DNA of 64,000 nt from SAR202 cluster bacterium bin87 (GCA_002238825.1 MPNC01000004.1:5241-69240), one strand, 5' to 3'. Shown: positions 17,772 through 28,019, counted from the stretch's first letter. Notes: a model not told the origin generated them from the sequence alone. Made by a program: numbers and translations.

Positions 17772-20004
17772 CGCCGCAAGCCCAATCCTGGTTGCGGTCT
17801 TCCTGGTCGTGGCGCTTTTGGCCTGCACGACAACGGAAGCAATGCCGGCGCCGGCTGCGCAGCCAGCACCGGATTCGGACTTCTCAACGCTGGAGCCGCC
17901 GTTATCGGAATCTCCCCATCCTGCGATGACGGCCCCCGCCATCGCCAGCACCCCGAGGGACGTGGGCCACATCACTGTGCTCCAGCCCCGGATCGAAGGG
18001 GCCATGTCCGACTACGAAATACTCGATGTCGAGACCCTGATGGAAAGCGGCCTTCATGGCTTCGGGGCGTCACCTGCCCACATCGTGGTCCGGGGCGCGC
18101 CGTCATTTGGTTCGGTCCGGTGCGAGTGGCACGGTCTGGCGCGCACCGCCGCACAGAGAGAAAGCGCACTGCGGCTGGTGCTGGACCTCGATGACACGGA
18201 CACCATCCCGAGCACGGAACAGGCGCGAACCACGCTCACATCCTACGTGGCGCTCCTGGCGCCGGAATTCCGCGACGCCATGCAAACCAACTTGGATCAC
18301 ATCATTGACGGCGGTCTGCTCGACGAGAGCCGTATCCTGGCCTGTTACGTTGATTACAAGGTGAGCGCATACCTGGTCGGCGCCGGCCCCACCACGCTTA
18401 CGGTGGCATACGACAATCTCGCCAAGAGCCGGTCCTACGAACTGTACAAGAAGGCCCATGCCGCCGGCCGCTATGGCGATGCGACGCTGCAGACGCCTGA
18501 AACATACGCCGCCACGGATGCGCAGGTCCTCGACCATTTCACTACCGAATTGACCAAGGATATAGTCGGCAGGGAGAGCGTGTTGTTGCTGGTCCCGATG
18601 GGAGCCCATAGCAACATCGCCGTCGAGGTATGGCAAACCATCGCCCAGTGGGATGTCCAGACCAGGAACGGCATGCAACACGCGGTGCGCTACGGTGTCG
18701 ATGAACACGAGCCCGGGCATTCCCAGATTCTGGCCAACCTGGAAAGTCGCATCAGCGTGGCGTCGAAAACCGACGCTCATGCCGGCAAGCGCATCACCGA
18801 CGCTTCCGGTTTGAACAAATACTACCGTGACATCGGCGCGTATGACGACATCACTCCGGGCGACGGCCTCAACGCAACCTTCATCCCCGACCAGCCGCCG
18901 CCGGTGACTTGGGACTGCTCTAACGGCAAGGCGGTGCCGCCTGCGCTATCGAACCCCGGGCTGCTGAAGGATTGCGAGACCCTGTTGGGTCTGCGCGATA
19001 CGCTCGCCGGGAACGTGGCCTTGAATTGGCACGACCAGGAGTATATCGGCCGGTGGCAGGGGGTTTACGTTTACGACCAGGTCTCGGAATACCGGGTACA
19101 GGAAATCGCACTGACCGGACTCGGCCTCAGCGGAACGGTTCCCCCGGAACTCGGCAACCTGGATGAACTCGGACGCCTTGAATTGCAGTCCAACAAGCTC
19201 ACGGGTTCCGTACCCGCTGAGTTGGGCGATCTCAAGGACCTGGGTACCCTGGGATTGGGCAACAATGCGTTGACGGGCTCAATACCCGCGGAGTTGGGAT
19301 CCCTGCCCAGGCTGTCATGGTTGAATCTGGGCAACAACGGCCTGACCGGGGAAATTCCCGTCACGCTGGTGAACCTCGGCAGGATGGAGAACCTGATTCT
19401 GCGGAACAACCAGCTGACCGGTGGGATCCCCGCCGGGTTGGAAAACTTGACCAATCTCGTACATCTGCGCCTGGACAGCAATCAGTTGACCGGAGCCATA
19501 CCTTCCGAGTTGGGCAGCTCTCCACGCCTCCGGCGGATGGTGTTGAGCGGAAATCGTCTCACTGGACAAATCCCCTCGACCCTGGGCAACATCGCCACCC
19601 TGGACCAGCTGTGGCTGGACGGGAACCAGTTGAGCGGGGCTATCCCGAGTGAATTGGGACGATTGGCTAAGGTGACGGACCTGGCTTTGACGAACAACCA
19701 GCTTACCGGCACGATCCCGCCCGAATTGGGCAACATGTCTCTCCTGCGATACCTGGACCTGGCCGGTAATTCACTCACCGGGTCGATACCATCACAATTG
19801 GGCAACCTGGCCAATCTGGAGGGGCTTCGTTTGCAGGACAACGGTTTGACGGGCGCTCTCCCGGCCGAGTTGGAAAATCTTGCCAGGTTGACTGGGCTGT
19901 ACGTCGGGAACAACAGCCTGACGGGGTGCATCCCGGCAAAGTTGCTGGCGGTGGCGGGAAACGACCTGTCCACTCTAGAGCTGCAGACCTGTCCCGCGCC
20001 ATAG
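17755..20004 (+). CDS. Lipoprotein with C-terminal plant-type leucine-rich repeats
   Basis: SD AAGGAG; lipobox LLAC. About 13 x 24-residue units LxxLxLxxNxLTGxIPxELGxL. Overlaps the upstream gene by 17 nt. Confidence 0.85.
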   Translation: MQKLTNAASPILVAVFLVVALLACTTTEAMPAPAAQPAPDSDFSTLEPPLSESPHPAMTAPAIASTPRDVGHITVLQPRIEGAMSDYEILDVETLMESGLHGFGASPAHIVVRGAPSFGSVRCEWHGLARTAAQRESALRLVLDLDDTDTIPSTEQARTTLTSYVALLAPEFRDAMQTNLDHIIDGGLLDESRILACYVDYKVSAYLVGAGPTTLTVAYDNLAKSRSYELYKKAHAAGRYGDATLQTPETYAATDAQVLDHFTTELTKDIVGRESVLLLVPMGAHSNIAVEVWQTIAQWDVQTRNGMQHAVRYGVDEHEPGHSQILANLESRISVASKTDAHAGKRITDASGLNKYYRDIGAYDDITPGDGLNATFIPDQPPPVTWDCSNGKAVPPALSNPGLLKDCETLLGLRDTLAGNVALNWHDQEYIGRWQGVYVYDQVSEYRVQEIALTGLGLSGTVPPELGNLDELGRLELQSNKLTGSVPAELGDLKDLGTLGLGNNALTGSIPAELGSLPRLSWLNLGNNGLTGEIPVTLVNLGRMENLILRNNQLTGGIPAGLENLTNLVHLRLDSNQLTGAIPSELGSSPRLRRMVLSGNRLTGQIPSTLGNIATLDQLWLDGNQLSGAIPSELGRLAKVTDLALTNNQLTGTIPPELGNMSLLRYLDLAGNSLTGSIPSQLGNLANLEGLRLQDNGLTGALPAELENLARLTGLYVGNNSLTGCIPAKLLAVAGNDLSTLELQTCPAP

Positions 20005-20123
20005 ATGGGGCACGACCACTGCTTGGACATTCCGGAATTCGCCGTGTATAGTGCGCGGGCCCGCTTCAGGCGGAGTTCACCATCCGACCCCTATTGGCGG
20101 TCACAACACCAAAGGACGTAAAC

Positions 20124-20882
20124 ATGACCCTTCCCGGCAACATCCGAACCCATCACCTGGCGCCGCTGGCATTGGCCCTCTTTTGCGCGCTGGCTCTGGC
20201 TCTGGCCCTGGCCGGCGTGGCCTACGCCCAGGGGCAGACGCCCTGCGCTCCCACCAACCTGAGCGTTTCTTCTTCCGACACCGAGGCCACCATTACGTGG
20301 CATGCCCCGGAACCGGGAGAGGGAACGTGCGAGCCCACCGACTACGAGGTATATGTGGACCGGGTTTCCGACGGCGACCGCACTGCGGGAAGCGAGGTAC
20401 TGTCTCCGTGGACCGCAACCGGACTGGAGCCGGGCACCGATTACCAGGTCCTGGTCTTCACCTACTCCGCCGACTGTGACGATTATTCGACAGAGCCTGC
20501 GGAGGCAACCTTCACGACCGACGGCGTCGATGCGGCGAACGCCGAGGAACCGGCAGAGAAGCACGCGCCCAAGCGGGTGCGCCGAATGCGGGCCGAAAGG
20601 GTCCAGGGAGAGGGCGAGTCCGATGACTCGGCAATCCTGACCTGGAACCCGCCCAGCACCAAGAACGGCAAGCACCACGCCGCCACCGACTACGCGGTCC
20701 TGGTCATCCGGGTGGCTGAGAACGGCGACAAGGCCGAGGTCTCGAACACCGACGAAATCACGGCAACGCAGTTCACGGTGGAGGGGCTGACCGAGGGCAA
20801 CTACCGCTTCAAGGTGGCGGCCTACAGCGCAGACTGCAACTGCTGGGGCACGTGGCGGTCGGTGAAGTACGCGCACGAATAG
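20124..20882 (+). CDS. Secreted FN3-domain protein
   Basis: Signal peptide ...LAGVAYAQG, then two FN3-like blocks (PTNLSVSSSDTEATITWHAP; AILTWNPP). Confidence 0.7.
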   Translation: MTLPGNIRTHHLAPLALALFCALALALALAGVAYAQGQTPCAPTNLSVSSSDTEATITWHAPEPGEGTCEPTDYEVYVDRVSDGDRTAGSEVLSPWTATGLEPGTDYQVLVFTYSADCDDYSTEPAEATFTTDGVDAANAEEPAEKHAPKRVRRMRAERVQGEGESDDSAILTWNPPSTKNGKHHAATDYAVLVIRVAENGDKAEVSNTDEITATQFTVEGLTEGNYRFKVAAYSADCNCWGTWRSVKYAHE

Positions 20883-21041
20883 GGGACGGTCGCACTCCCC
20901 CGCATCCATGACCCGGCTTGAGGCTATCCCTGGACCCCAAGCCGGGTCGATGATTCCGTGGTCCGCCCCGAGCTCCCCACCGCCGAGCTCCCACCGTGAG
21001 ATCCCGAATAGGCAATCGCCTACTGGCACCGGGCGTAAGAC

Positions 21042-21287
21042 ATGATTGTTGAAACGACAATGCGAGTTGAGAGCATAGGGCCCGAGGAATCGCGGGTCCT
21101 GTGGGGAGATTTGGAACTCCACGTGATGAGGACGCCCACCGGACGGTTCCGGGTGTACCCGAACTTCCATCATCCCGAGTTCAGCAGGTCCTTCAGCGAC
21201 TTCACGCGGGCCCTGGGCGAGGCGGTCCAGCACTGCATCGAGCGGGCGCGGACCGACGGCTCCTTATCAGCAGGGCCGCCGACGTGA
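21042..21287 (+). CDS. Hypothetical protein
   Basis: 81-aa ORF whose stop overlaps the GTG of the next ORF (GTGA). Confidence 0.4.
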   Translation: MIVETTMRVESIGPEESRVLWGDLELHVMRTPTGRFRVYPNFHHPEFSRSFSDFTRALGEAVQHCIERARTDGSLSAGPPT

Positions 21288-21613
21288 GGACCTACTTCAT
21301 TTTCGTGTTCCTGTTCTTTTGGTGGCCGCTGCTGCTGCTCACCTTTGTGCCCGCCATGGTGACGGGCGTCGTCTGTGGCTGGCGCATGCGAGGCCTCGAC
21401 TGGAAGAGGGGCGTGCTGGCGGGGTTGGTGGGCGGATTCGTCGGGCTGGGGTGCTCCATCGCCTGGTATGCGGTCGGAACCCCGGGCATGAACTTCACGT
21501 TCTGGCTCTACTGCAACCTGCTCCTGCCGGTTCCAAGCGTGGCCGGCGCCTGGATGATCTGCCGCCTCTGGTCGCGGACCAGGTTGCGACGGGGGCGGGG
21601 CGGCCTTGCTTGA
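21284..21613 (+). CDS. Membrane protein (GTG start)
   Basis: VRTYFIFVFLFFWWPLLLLTFVPAMVTGVV... gives 3-4 TM segments. This is the in-frame tail of ORF 21101-21613. Confidence 0.5.
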   Translation: MRTYFIFVFLFFWWPLLLLTFVPAMVTGVVCGWRMRGLDWKRGVLAGLVGGFVGLGCSIAWYAVGTPGMNFTFWLYCNLLLPVPSVAGAWMICRLWSRTRLRRGRGGLA

Positions 21614-22351
21614 AAATCGTCAAATCTCGAACGTTTCGGGCAAGGCCCTGGCGCCCTGCTTGCGCGCGCCGCTACCCGGCTGATAACCTTGGGCCAACAA
21701 CATAACCGCGTGCGATGAACGGGCACAAATACGGTCTCGCTGGCAGTCACCAGCGAGACCGATATGGAGCGCACCTGAAGGTGCTATCCCCAATTGCCCG
21801 GACATTTTACGCAGTACCACAAAGCAGGTTCCGGGGCGGCAGCTATTATCCTGCAGTCGGCTGACGATTGCAAGCGCCTCCGCCGTGGAATGACGGCGGC
21901 GCTTGATGAACAAGAAAAATCGGCGGAAGCGGGTTCGGAATCGAACTCAGCCAGCTGTGCGTCAGCACATGTCGGACTCGATGAGAATGGGTATAGGCCT
22001 TGGCGTGATGTGTGCAGCTCTCATCCTTATCGTGCTCGCGCTGATGTAAATTTCCATGCGGTGACGGCAGAGGGCGATACCGGCAGGCGCCGTATCGCCG
22101 GATTGCTGACGGGACGGTGGTTTCGACAATCCCAGGATGAGCGGCAAAAGGCTGTAAGGTCGGTCGCGAGCGTTCGCCTGGCGCCGTCGCAATCCAGCAA
22201 CCGCGAGTGATGTCGCTTGCTCCGGTCGTTGCCAGAATTGGGTGCTGATTGACAGGTTGCCCCTTCACGTTTCCAGGCAGGGGCGGTTCGAAGTACAAAC
22301 CTTTCCACATTCCTGATTAGTGGTCGCGGAATCGCAACGCCGCCGTTTTCA

Positions 22352-22396
22352 CGAGGCCGACTCCGTAAATGAGTCGGCCTCGTCGTTTCCGTTTTT
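22352..22396 (+). terminator. Rho-independent terminator without an obvious upstream CDS
   Basis: CGAGGCCGACTC-CGTAAAT-GAGTCGGCCTCG followed by TCGTTTCCGTTTTT. Confidence 0.55.
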
Positions 22397-22563
22397 CGTG
22401 AAATGCGGGCATCACCACGTCTTGACGTCCCTGTTATTATGCGTCGGGTTTTTTGAGGCGCGCCGTCACAGCACTCGGAAAAGCGCTCCGTTGCGGCAAA
22501 TCCGGCGGCGCAATCAAAGACCTGTCAGACCATGCAAGAGGAGAGATTGAATTGCATTCATCG

Positions 22564-24186
22564 ATGAAGAAACGACATAAAGCAACCGCAGCGCTGGTCG
22601 CAGTCATGGCGTTGGCGCTGGCGGCCACGTACTGGCTTCCGGGAACGGTTGGCGCGCAGACGGTGCCTCCGGACCCGCAGACCACTCCCCCGCCCTCACA
22701 GTCACCGGTCGTCACCTTCCGCGGCATCACCGAAGACAAGTGGAACGAGCTCAGCCCCAGGCCCGTTGGGCAATACCGGGGAGGGAACGCCGGCGACGAT
22801 TACGGCGTGAGCGACCTGCGGCCCTTCGAGGGCGGGCTGGAGGTCGGATGGACGTTCGCGCCCGCCGACAACATCGTGGGCGTGAAGCTGGAACGCCAGA
22901 TGAAAGTGGGCGACGATCATCCCCCCATGGGTTGGACCCTGCTGGAGACCTACACCGAGGACGCGCTGTACTATGATCAGACCGGCGCTCCCGGTTTCCA
23001 GTACCGGTACCGGATCACTCCCTACACTGCCATCCACACGGTCGGGACCATCCACGTGACGGATTTCACGGAGATGATTCCCAGAGATGGGTTCTTCGGC
23101 TACGCGCTCGCCGACACCACCCTGAAGGTGAGGGTCGTGCCCACTCCGGACTTCGAGACCACGGACGGCATATACAGCATCACCATGTTTGACAGCCGCA
23201 CCGATAGCGACCCGTATGAGTACATTGGGCGCAAACCCAGCAGGGAATTGGAGGGGCTCGTTGCCGACAAGGTGTATCGCTTCAACGTGAAGATCGTCGA
23301 GCCGGGTGGAGCCGGTTACGAGACCGTGCAGGAGATTGGCGATTTCTACATCATGACCGGCTTGCCGCCGTTGCCCGAAGCTCCGTCGCCCATTGTTGGA
23401 TTTGGCGTTGGCGGCAAGGGCATCAAACTGAACTGGTCGCGGGTGTTCAACCAGCACCGGAGCCAGTTCGCGTTCTTTGAAATCGCTCGCAGGGACGCCA
23501 AGAACTGGAACGCCCCGTTCGAAATGCTGGGCACCACGACGGGCCAGACTTTCCAGGAACAGCGGGTGACGGATTCGGACGTTGATCATTTCGAGTACGT
23601 GGTGAGCGGCGTCAGCTGGTTCCACCGGCACGGTCCCATACCGGAGCGCGGGCACGTATCGCCGGCGATTCCTCACCCCACCTGTGCCAACAAAGACACC
23701 GGTGACTCGTTGCCGGTCAAGTCTCTCGAACTGGCCCAGGGCCAGCCGAAAGCGCCGCGCAGCAACCGCTTTGCGTTCCAACCACAGCCGGTGGCGCTCG
23801 ACCCGACGGCGGGAACTACGGGCGACAACGCCTGCGGCGGTTTCAGCCCGTCGGACCTGTCGGATTACTTTGTGCTCCGGGCCACGCTCTACCAGGAATC
23901 GCTGTCCGGCAAGTGTTCGGACCCGGACCAGAGCTGTGTGGTCGTCAACCGGAGTCCTGAGGACATGGACATGGACGACTTCGAGCCCGTCATCGGTTCG
24001 TTCCAGCCGGTGGGAGCCTCCGGTAGCGCGTCCATCTGGTACGACCGTGACCTTGAACCGGAGAAGGGGCTCTACCGGTTCGCCTACCACATGTGCAGCT
24101 ACTCCGAGCCCCGGCTGTGCAGCGAGAACCCCTTCCGGAGCGACTGGCGGTTCCAGGGCGTGACGGACCTGCCGTTCAGTAGGTAA
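22564..24186 (+). CDS. Secreted FN3-like protein, paralogue A
   Basis: Signal ...TYWLPGTVGAQ. Collinear similarity to 26397-28019 along the full length. Confidence 0.8.
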   Translation: MKKRHKATAALVAVMALALAATYWLPGTVGAQTVPPDPQTTPPPSQSPVVTFRGITEDKWNELSPRPVGQYRGGNAGDDYGVSDLRPFEGGLEVGWTFAPADNIVGVKLERQMKVGDDHPPMGWTLLETYTEDALYYDQTGAPGFQYRYRITPYTAIHTVGTIHVTDFTEMIPRDGFFGYALADTTLKVRVVPTPDFETTDGIYSITMFDSRTDSDPYEYIGRKPSRELEGLVADKVYRFNVKIVEPGGAGYETVQEIGDFYIMTGLPPLPEAPSPIVGFGVGGKGIKLNWSRVFNQHRSQFAFFEIARRDAKNWNAPFEMLGTTTGQTFQEQRVTDSDVDHFEYVVSGVSWFHRHGPIPERGHVSPAIPHPTCANKDTGDSLPVKSLELAQGQPKAPRSNRFAFQPQPVALDPTAGTTGDNACGGFSPSDLSDYFVLRATLYQESLSGKCSDPDQSCVVVNRSPEDMDMDDFEPVIGSFQPVGASGSASIWYDRDLEPEKGLYRFAYHMCSYSEPRLCSENPFRSDWRFQGVTDLPFSR

Positions 24187-24221
24187 CGAGGCTCAAACAG
24201 CAACGGAGCGCATTCCGCGAC

Positions 24222-24251
24222 CGCGCCGGCCAGACTTGTCTGGCCGGCGCG
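24222..24251 (+). terminator. Stem-loop terminator
   Basis: CGCGCCGGCCAGA-CTTG-TCTGGCCGGCGCG. Confidence 0.55.
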
Positions 24252-24372
24252 AATGGGATTTGCGTCCCGAGGCGTTGTTGATATCTCATCTACCCCGGCA
24301 ATTCCTGTTAAGATAGAATTGGGGCCGGTCTGGATTGAAAAACCACTGATGAGTAAAACTCGAGGAGGCGAG

Positions 24373-26037
24373 ATGCAAACTACAATAGGATTTCGGCGAT
24401 TGGTGGCGCCGGTTGGATTGATGGCGGCGGTCTTGACCGCGGCTGCTTTGCTTTGGTCAGCATCGTCGGTTGCCGCGAGCCCGCCGCACCAATTGGCCGC
24501 CGCTGCGGTCGAATCAATAGAGATCACGTCCAAGACGACGGACGGGGTTGGATTGACCATCCCCTACGGCGCGGGCATGAAGAAAACCTACCGGCGCCCG
24601 AGCTATTCCCGGTACGCCGCCGGCGACGTGGTGGAGTTCGCCGTCGAGTTCGACCAGGCCGTGTCGGTCACGGGGCAGCCCCAATTGAACGTCCTAGTGG
24701 GCTCCGCCACCAGGACTGCAACCTACGCCAGCACGGACGAAGCGACCGTGCTGTTTGAATACACGGTAGTGGACGGGGAGAGCGACCATGACGGCATTTC
24801 GGTCGCCGCCAATTCCCTGCGGCTGAACGGCGGGACCATCGCCGGCGCATCCGATACCGCGGCCGACCTGACGCACGTCGCGCTGCCGGCGCAGTCACGG
24901 CACAAGGTTGACGGGGTGGCGCCCCGGCTGCTGTCGGTCAAGCTCGTTTCCAGCACCAACACTGCGGACGATGTCCTCAGCATTGGAGAAGAGGTGTTCA
25001 TCAAGCCGACGTTTTCTGAGTCTGTGCGGGCGTCCATCGCGGGACCGCCCAGCATAACGATCCAGATCGGAGAGGAACAGCGTCAGGCCAAATGGCACAG
25101 TGATTCCTTCGGCTTCTATTTCCGGTACTTCGTGCAGGAGGGTGACCTTGACCTGGACGGCATCAGCATTCCGGCCAACGCCATCAGGTTGAATGGCGGC
25201 ACGATGCAGGACATGTCGGGCAACCACCTGGTGCTGGCCAACGCTGGGGTGCCGTCCAACTGGGAGCAGGCGGTTGACGGCGTGCGCCCGACGGTGCAGC
25301 AGTTCCGGATCGTGTCCGACCCGGGCGACGACCGGACCTATTCCCCGGGCGACGCCATCGTCATCAGGGTGGCGTTCAGCGAAGATATGCGTATCCCTGA
25401 GATCAGGACCACCACCGAAAAGGGCAGCCATCGGGTCGTTCCGGCGCTGGCCCTCAACGTTGGCGATCAGGTCCGGTGGGCTACCTTTCGGGATGAAAGC
25501 GAAAACCATGCGTTTTTCGTCTACCAGGTGCAGGATGGCGACCGTGACGAAAACGGCGTCTCCATCGGCGCCAACGCCATCTCGCTCACGCATCACGGCG
25601 TGAATGGCGTCGTCGCCATGATCCGGGACGCGGCCGGCACCAGCGGGTGGGGAGCGAACGACGCGGTGTTGACTCACGCGAGGGTACGCAACAACGCCTC
25701 TCATAAAGTTGGCGGGCAGAGTACCGGGGACTCGGACGACGGGCAGCAGCTCGAAAAGCCGGGAACGGTCTGGCCCATCAGCGTGGCTGTGGAGAACCAG
25801 ATCGCAACCGTCTCGTGGGGCGCGCCGGATCACGGTGGCGCGGTGGAGCAGTACGTGGTCCGTCTGGGGAACGCCAACGGCAAGAATCGAACGGTCAAGA
25901 AAGTGGACGCGGACACGCTGTCCGTCACGTTCAACAAGAAGCAGAAGCGCGACAAAACCTACCGGGTCGAGATCTTTGCCAGGAACGCGGCCGGCAAGGG
26001 CGGGTCGGAGTACCTGTTTTTCCGGGTACCCGACTAG
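24373..26037 (+). CDS. Secreted protein with ~4 internal ~100-aa repeats and a C-terminal FN3
   Basis: SD GAGGAGG; signal peptide present. Recurring ...DGISVAANSLRLNGGTI / DGISIPANAIRLNGGTM / NGVSIGANAISL. C-terminal ATVSWGAPDHGG. Confidence 0.8.
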   Translation: MQTTIGFRRLVAPVGLMAAVLTAAALLWSASSVAASPPHQLAAAAVESIEITSKTTDGVGLTIPYGAGMKKTYRRPSYSRYAAGDVVEFAVEFDQAVSVTGQPQLNVLVGSATRTATYASTDEATVLFEYTVVDGESDHDGISVAANSLRLNGGTIAGASDTAADLTHVALPAQSRHKVDGVAPRLLSVKLVSSTNTADDVLSIGEEVFIKPTFSESVRASIAGPPSITIQIGEEQRQAKWHSDSFGFYFRYFVQEGDLDLDGISIPANAIRLNGGTMQDMSGNHLVLANAGVPSNWEQAVDGVRPTVQQFRIVSDPGDDRTYSPGDAIVIRVAFSEDMRIPEIRTTTEKGSHRVVPALALNVGDQVRWATFRDESENHAFFVYQVQDGDRDENGVSIGANAISLTHHGVNGVVAMIRDAAGTSGWGANDAVLTHARVRNNASHKVGGQSTGDSDDGQQLEKPGTVWPISVAVENQIATVSWGAPDHGGAVEQYVVRLGNANGKNRTVKKVDADTLSVTFNKKQKRDKTYRVEIFARNAAGKGGSEYLFFRVPD

Positions 26038-26058
26038 CGCCGGAAGCACGACCGGATT

Positions 26059-26095
26059 GTTTCGGCCCGCTCTCGTTCGGGGAGCGGGCCGAAAC
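26059..26095 (+). terminator. Stem-loop terminator
   Basis: GTTTCGGCCCGCTC-loop-GAGCGGGCCGAAAC. Confidence 0.55.
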
Positions 26096-26396
26096 GTGTG
26101 GACCTGACCCGGCCCGGCCCGGCCAATTTGGACTGGTGGGTTGCGCGCTGCAATCTGTCGCCGTCGCCGGTGCGCCTGACGAAACCGGAACTCGAACGTA
26201 TTGCGCGAATTACGATCTCGGCAGAGGAAAATTTTTGGAATTGCACCATCCGTTACCGCGGAAAAACACGGGACCGATTCGCTCGTGCTACCATTCCTGC
26301 CGACCCGTGCGACGCGTCGATATTGGTCCGAGCGTGAGCTCCGTTGCGGAGAGTTGAGGACGTGTCGCGGGGCAGAAATTTGCACCGAGGAGAGAA

Positions 26397-28019
26397 ATGC
26401 AGATCACGAGAAAACACCATATATCGGCGGCGCTGGCGGTGCTGATCGCGCTGACTATAGCTGCCACCTACTGGCTGCCCGGAAACGTGAGCGCGCAGAG
26501 CGCGCCCGCAGACCCGCCGGACGGCCAGAACAACGACCCCGCCGCTGTGGTGACGTTCAACGGCATCGACAGGGCGAAATGGGACGAGCTCAGTCCCCGC
26601 GACACTGGCAACAAGCGCGTGCGCCGGTCCTCCAACAGCTACGGCGTGAGCGACCTGGTTCCCTTCGAGGGCGGCCTGGACATCGGCTGGACGTTCGACA
26701 GCAGCGTAAACGCTGTCGGCTACAAGCTGGAACGGCAGATCAAAGTTGACGACGACCACCCGGGCGCGGGCTGGACCCTGCTGAAAACCTACACGGAGGA
26801 CACGCAGCACTACGACCGGACCGGCGCGCCGGGTTTCGAGTACCGTTACCGGATAACGGCGTACACCGCCATCCAGACGGTCGGGTCGGTCCACGTCACC
26901 GAGTTCACCAAGATGATCCCGCGCGATGGGTTCTACGGCTACGCCACCTCTGATACCGAGATGGCATTGTGGGTCGTGCCCACTCCGGATTTTGAGACGT
27001 CCGACGGCATCTATCGCATCACCATGTTTGACGGCCGTGACGACGTCGATGGTACGGAGGTCCATTTCGGGCGCGATACTGACGCGACCGTGGATGATGT
27101 CACGGCCCGCACGGTGTACCGTTTCAACGTGAACATCCTCGAGCCCGGTGGCGCCGGGTACGAGGTGGTGCAGGACCTTGGCGACTTTTACGTCATGGCC
27201 GGCCTGCCTCCGTTGCCGGACGCGCCGGCATCCGTCTCCGGCATGGGCAAGGGCGGTAAGGGCATCAAGATCAACTGGACAGCGCCGGCCAACGTCCACC
27301 GGAGCCAGTTCACGTTTTACGAAATTGGTCGCCGGGATGGCAAGAACTGGGAGTCCAAGTGGGAGATTCTCGGCACCACCACGTCGGGCGACTTCACGGA
27401 GCAGAGGGTGAAGGACCCGGCCATCGCGCACTTCGAGTACGGCGTACGCGGCGTCAGCTGGACCGGGCTGGTCGGTGCGTTCCAGGACCGGGGGCATGTG
27501 TCGCCCGTAGTGCCGTGGCCCACCTGCATCGACAGGCACACCCGCGAACGAATAGGCATTCGGCAGATCAAACTGGTATTCGACTACGAGAGCAATGCGA
27601 AGCGGGGGCCCAGCAACCGGTACGCGTTCAATCCGGAGCCGAACGGGTCAAACCCGGCGAATGACCCCAGGCACCACCAGGATTGCACCGGGTACCGCAT
27701 GGAGGAAATGGCCGACTACTACGTGCTCCGGGCCACCATATACCAGAAATCCCTGTCCGAGACATGTCCGGACCCGGAGAAGACTTGCGACGTCATTGAC
27801 CGGCGCAATCAGATCATCCCGCGCTCTGAGTACGAGCGCGTTCCTGGAGATTTCCTGCTGTACACTGGACAGCTCAATACCATGATCTGGTTCGACCGCC
27901 ACCCGGAACCGGTGAAGGGCCGCTATCAGTTTTCGTACCACATGTGCAGTTACTCAACGCCCTCGCTGTGCAGCATTGACGCAAAATCGGGACCCGAGCG
28001 TGACGAGGAGGGTCAATAG
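26397..28019 (+). CDS. Secreted FN3-like protein, paralogue B
   Basis: SD GAGGAGAG; signal ...TYWLPGNVSAQ. Paralogue of 22564-24186. Confidence 0.85.
   Translation: MQITRKHHISAALAVLIALTIAATYWLPGNVSAQSAPADPPDGQNNDPAAVVTFNGIDRAKWDELSPRDTGNKRVRRSSNSYGVSDLVPFEGGLDIGWTFDSSVNAVGYKLERQIKVDDDHPGAGWTLLKTYTEDTQHYDRTGAPGFEYRYRITAYTAIQTVGSVHVTEFTKMIPRDGFYGYATSDTEMALWVVPTPDFETSDGIYRITMFDGRDDVDGTEVHFGRDTDATVDDVTARTVYRFNVNILEPGGAGYEVVQDLGDFYVMAGLPPLPDAPASVSGMGKGGKGIKINWTAPANVHRSQFTFYEIGRRDGKNWESKWEILGTTTSGDFTEQRVKDPAIAHFEYGVRGVSWTGLVGAFQDRGHVSPVVPWPTCIDRHTRERIGIRQIKLVFDYESNAKRGPSNRYAFNPEPNGSNPANDPRHHQDCTGYRMEEMADYYVLRATIYQKSLSETCPDPEKTCDVIDRRNQIIPRSEYERVPGDFLLYTGQLNTMIWFDRHPEPVKGRYQFSYHMCSYSTPSLCSIDAKSGPERDEEGQ

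Noticed and set aside
21905-21940. tRNA-like T-arm (GCGGGTTCGGAATCGAACTC)
   Set aside because: No complementary T-stem, acceptor stem or anticodon arm could be folded on either strand.
22702-27539. Long minus-strand ORFs 22702-24090, 24895-26385 and 26253-27539
   Set aside because: All are antisense to plus-strand genes that have signal peptides, SDs and paralogue support. Their composition is low-complexity Arg/Gly/Pro.
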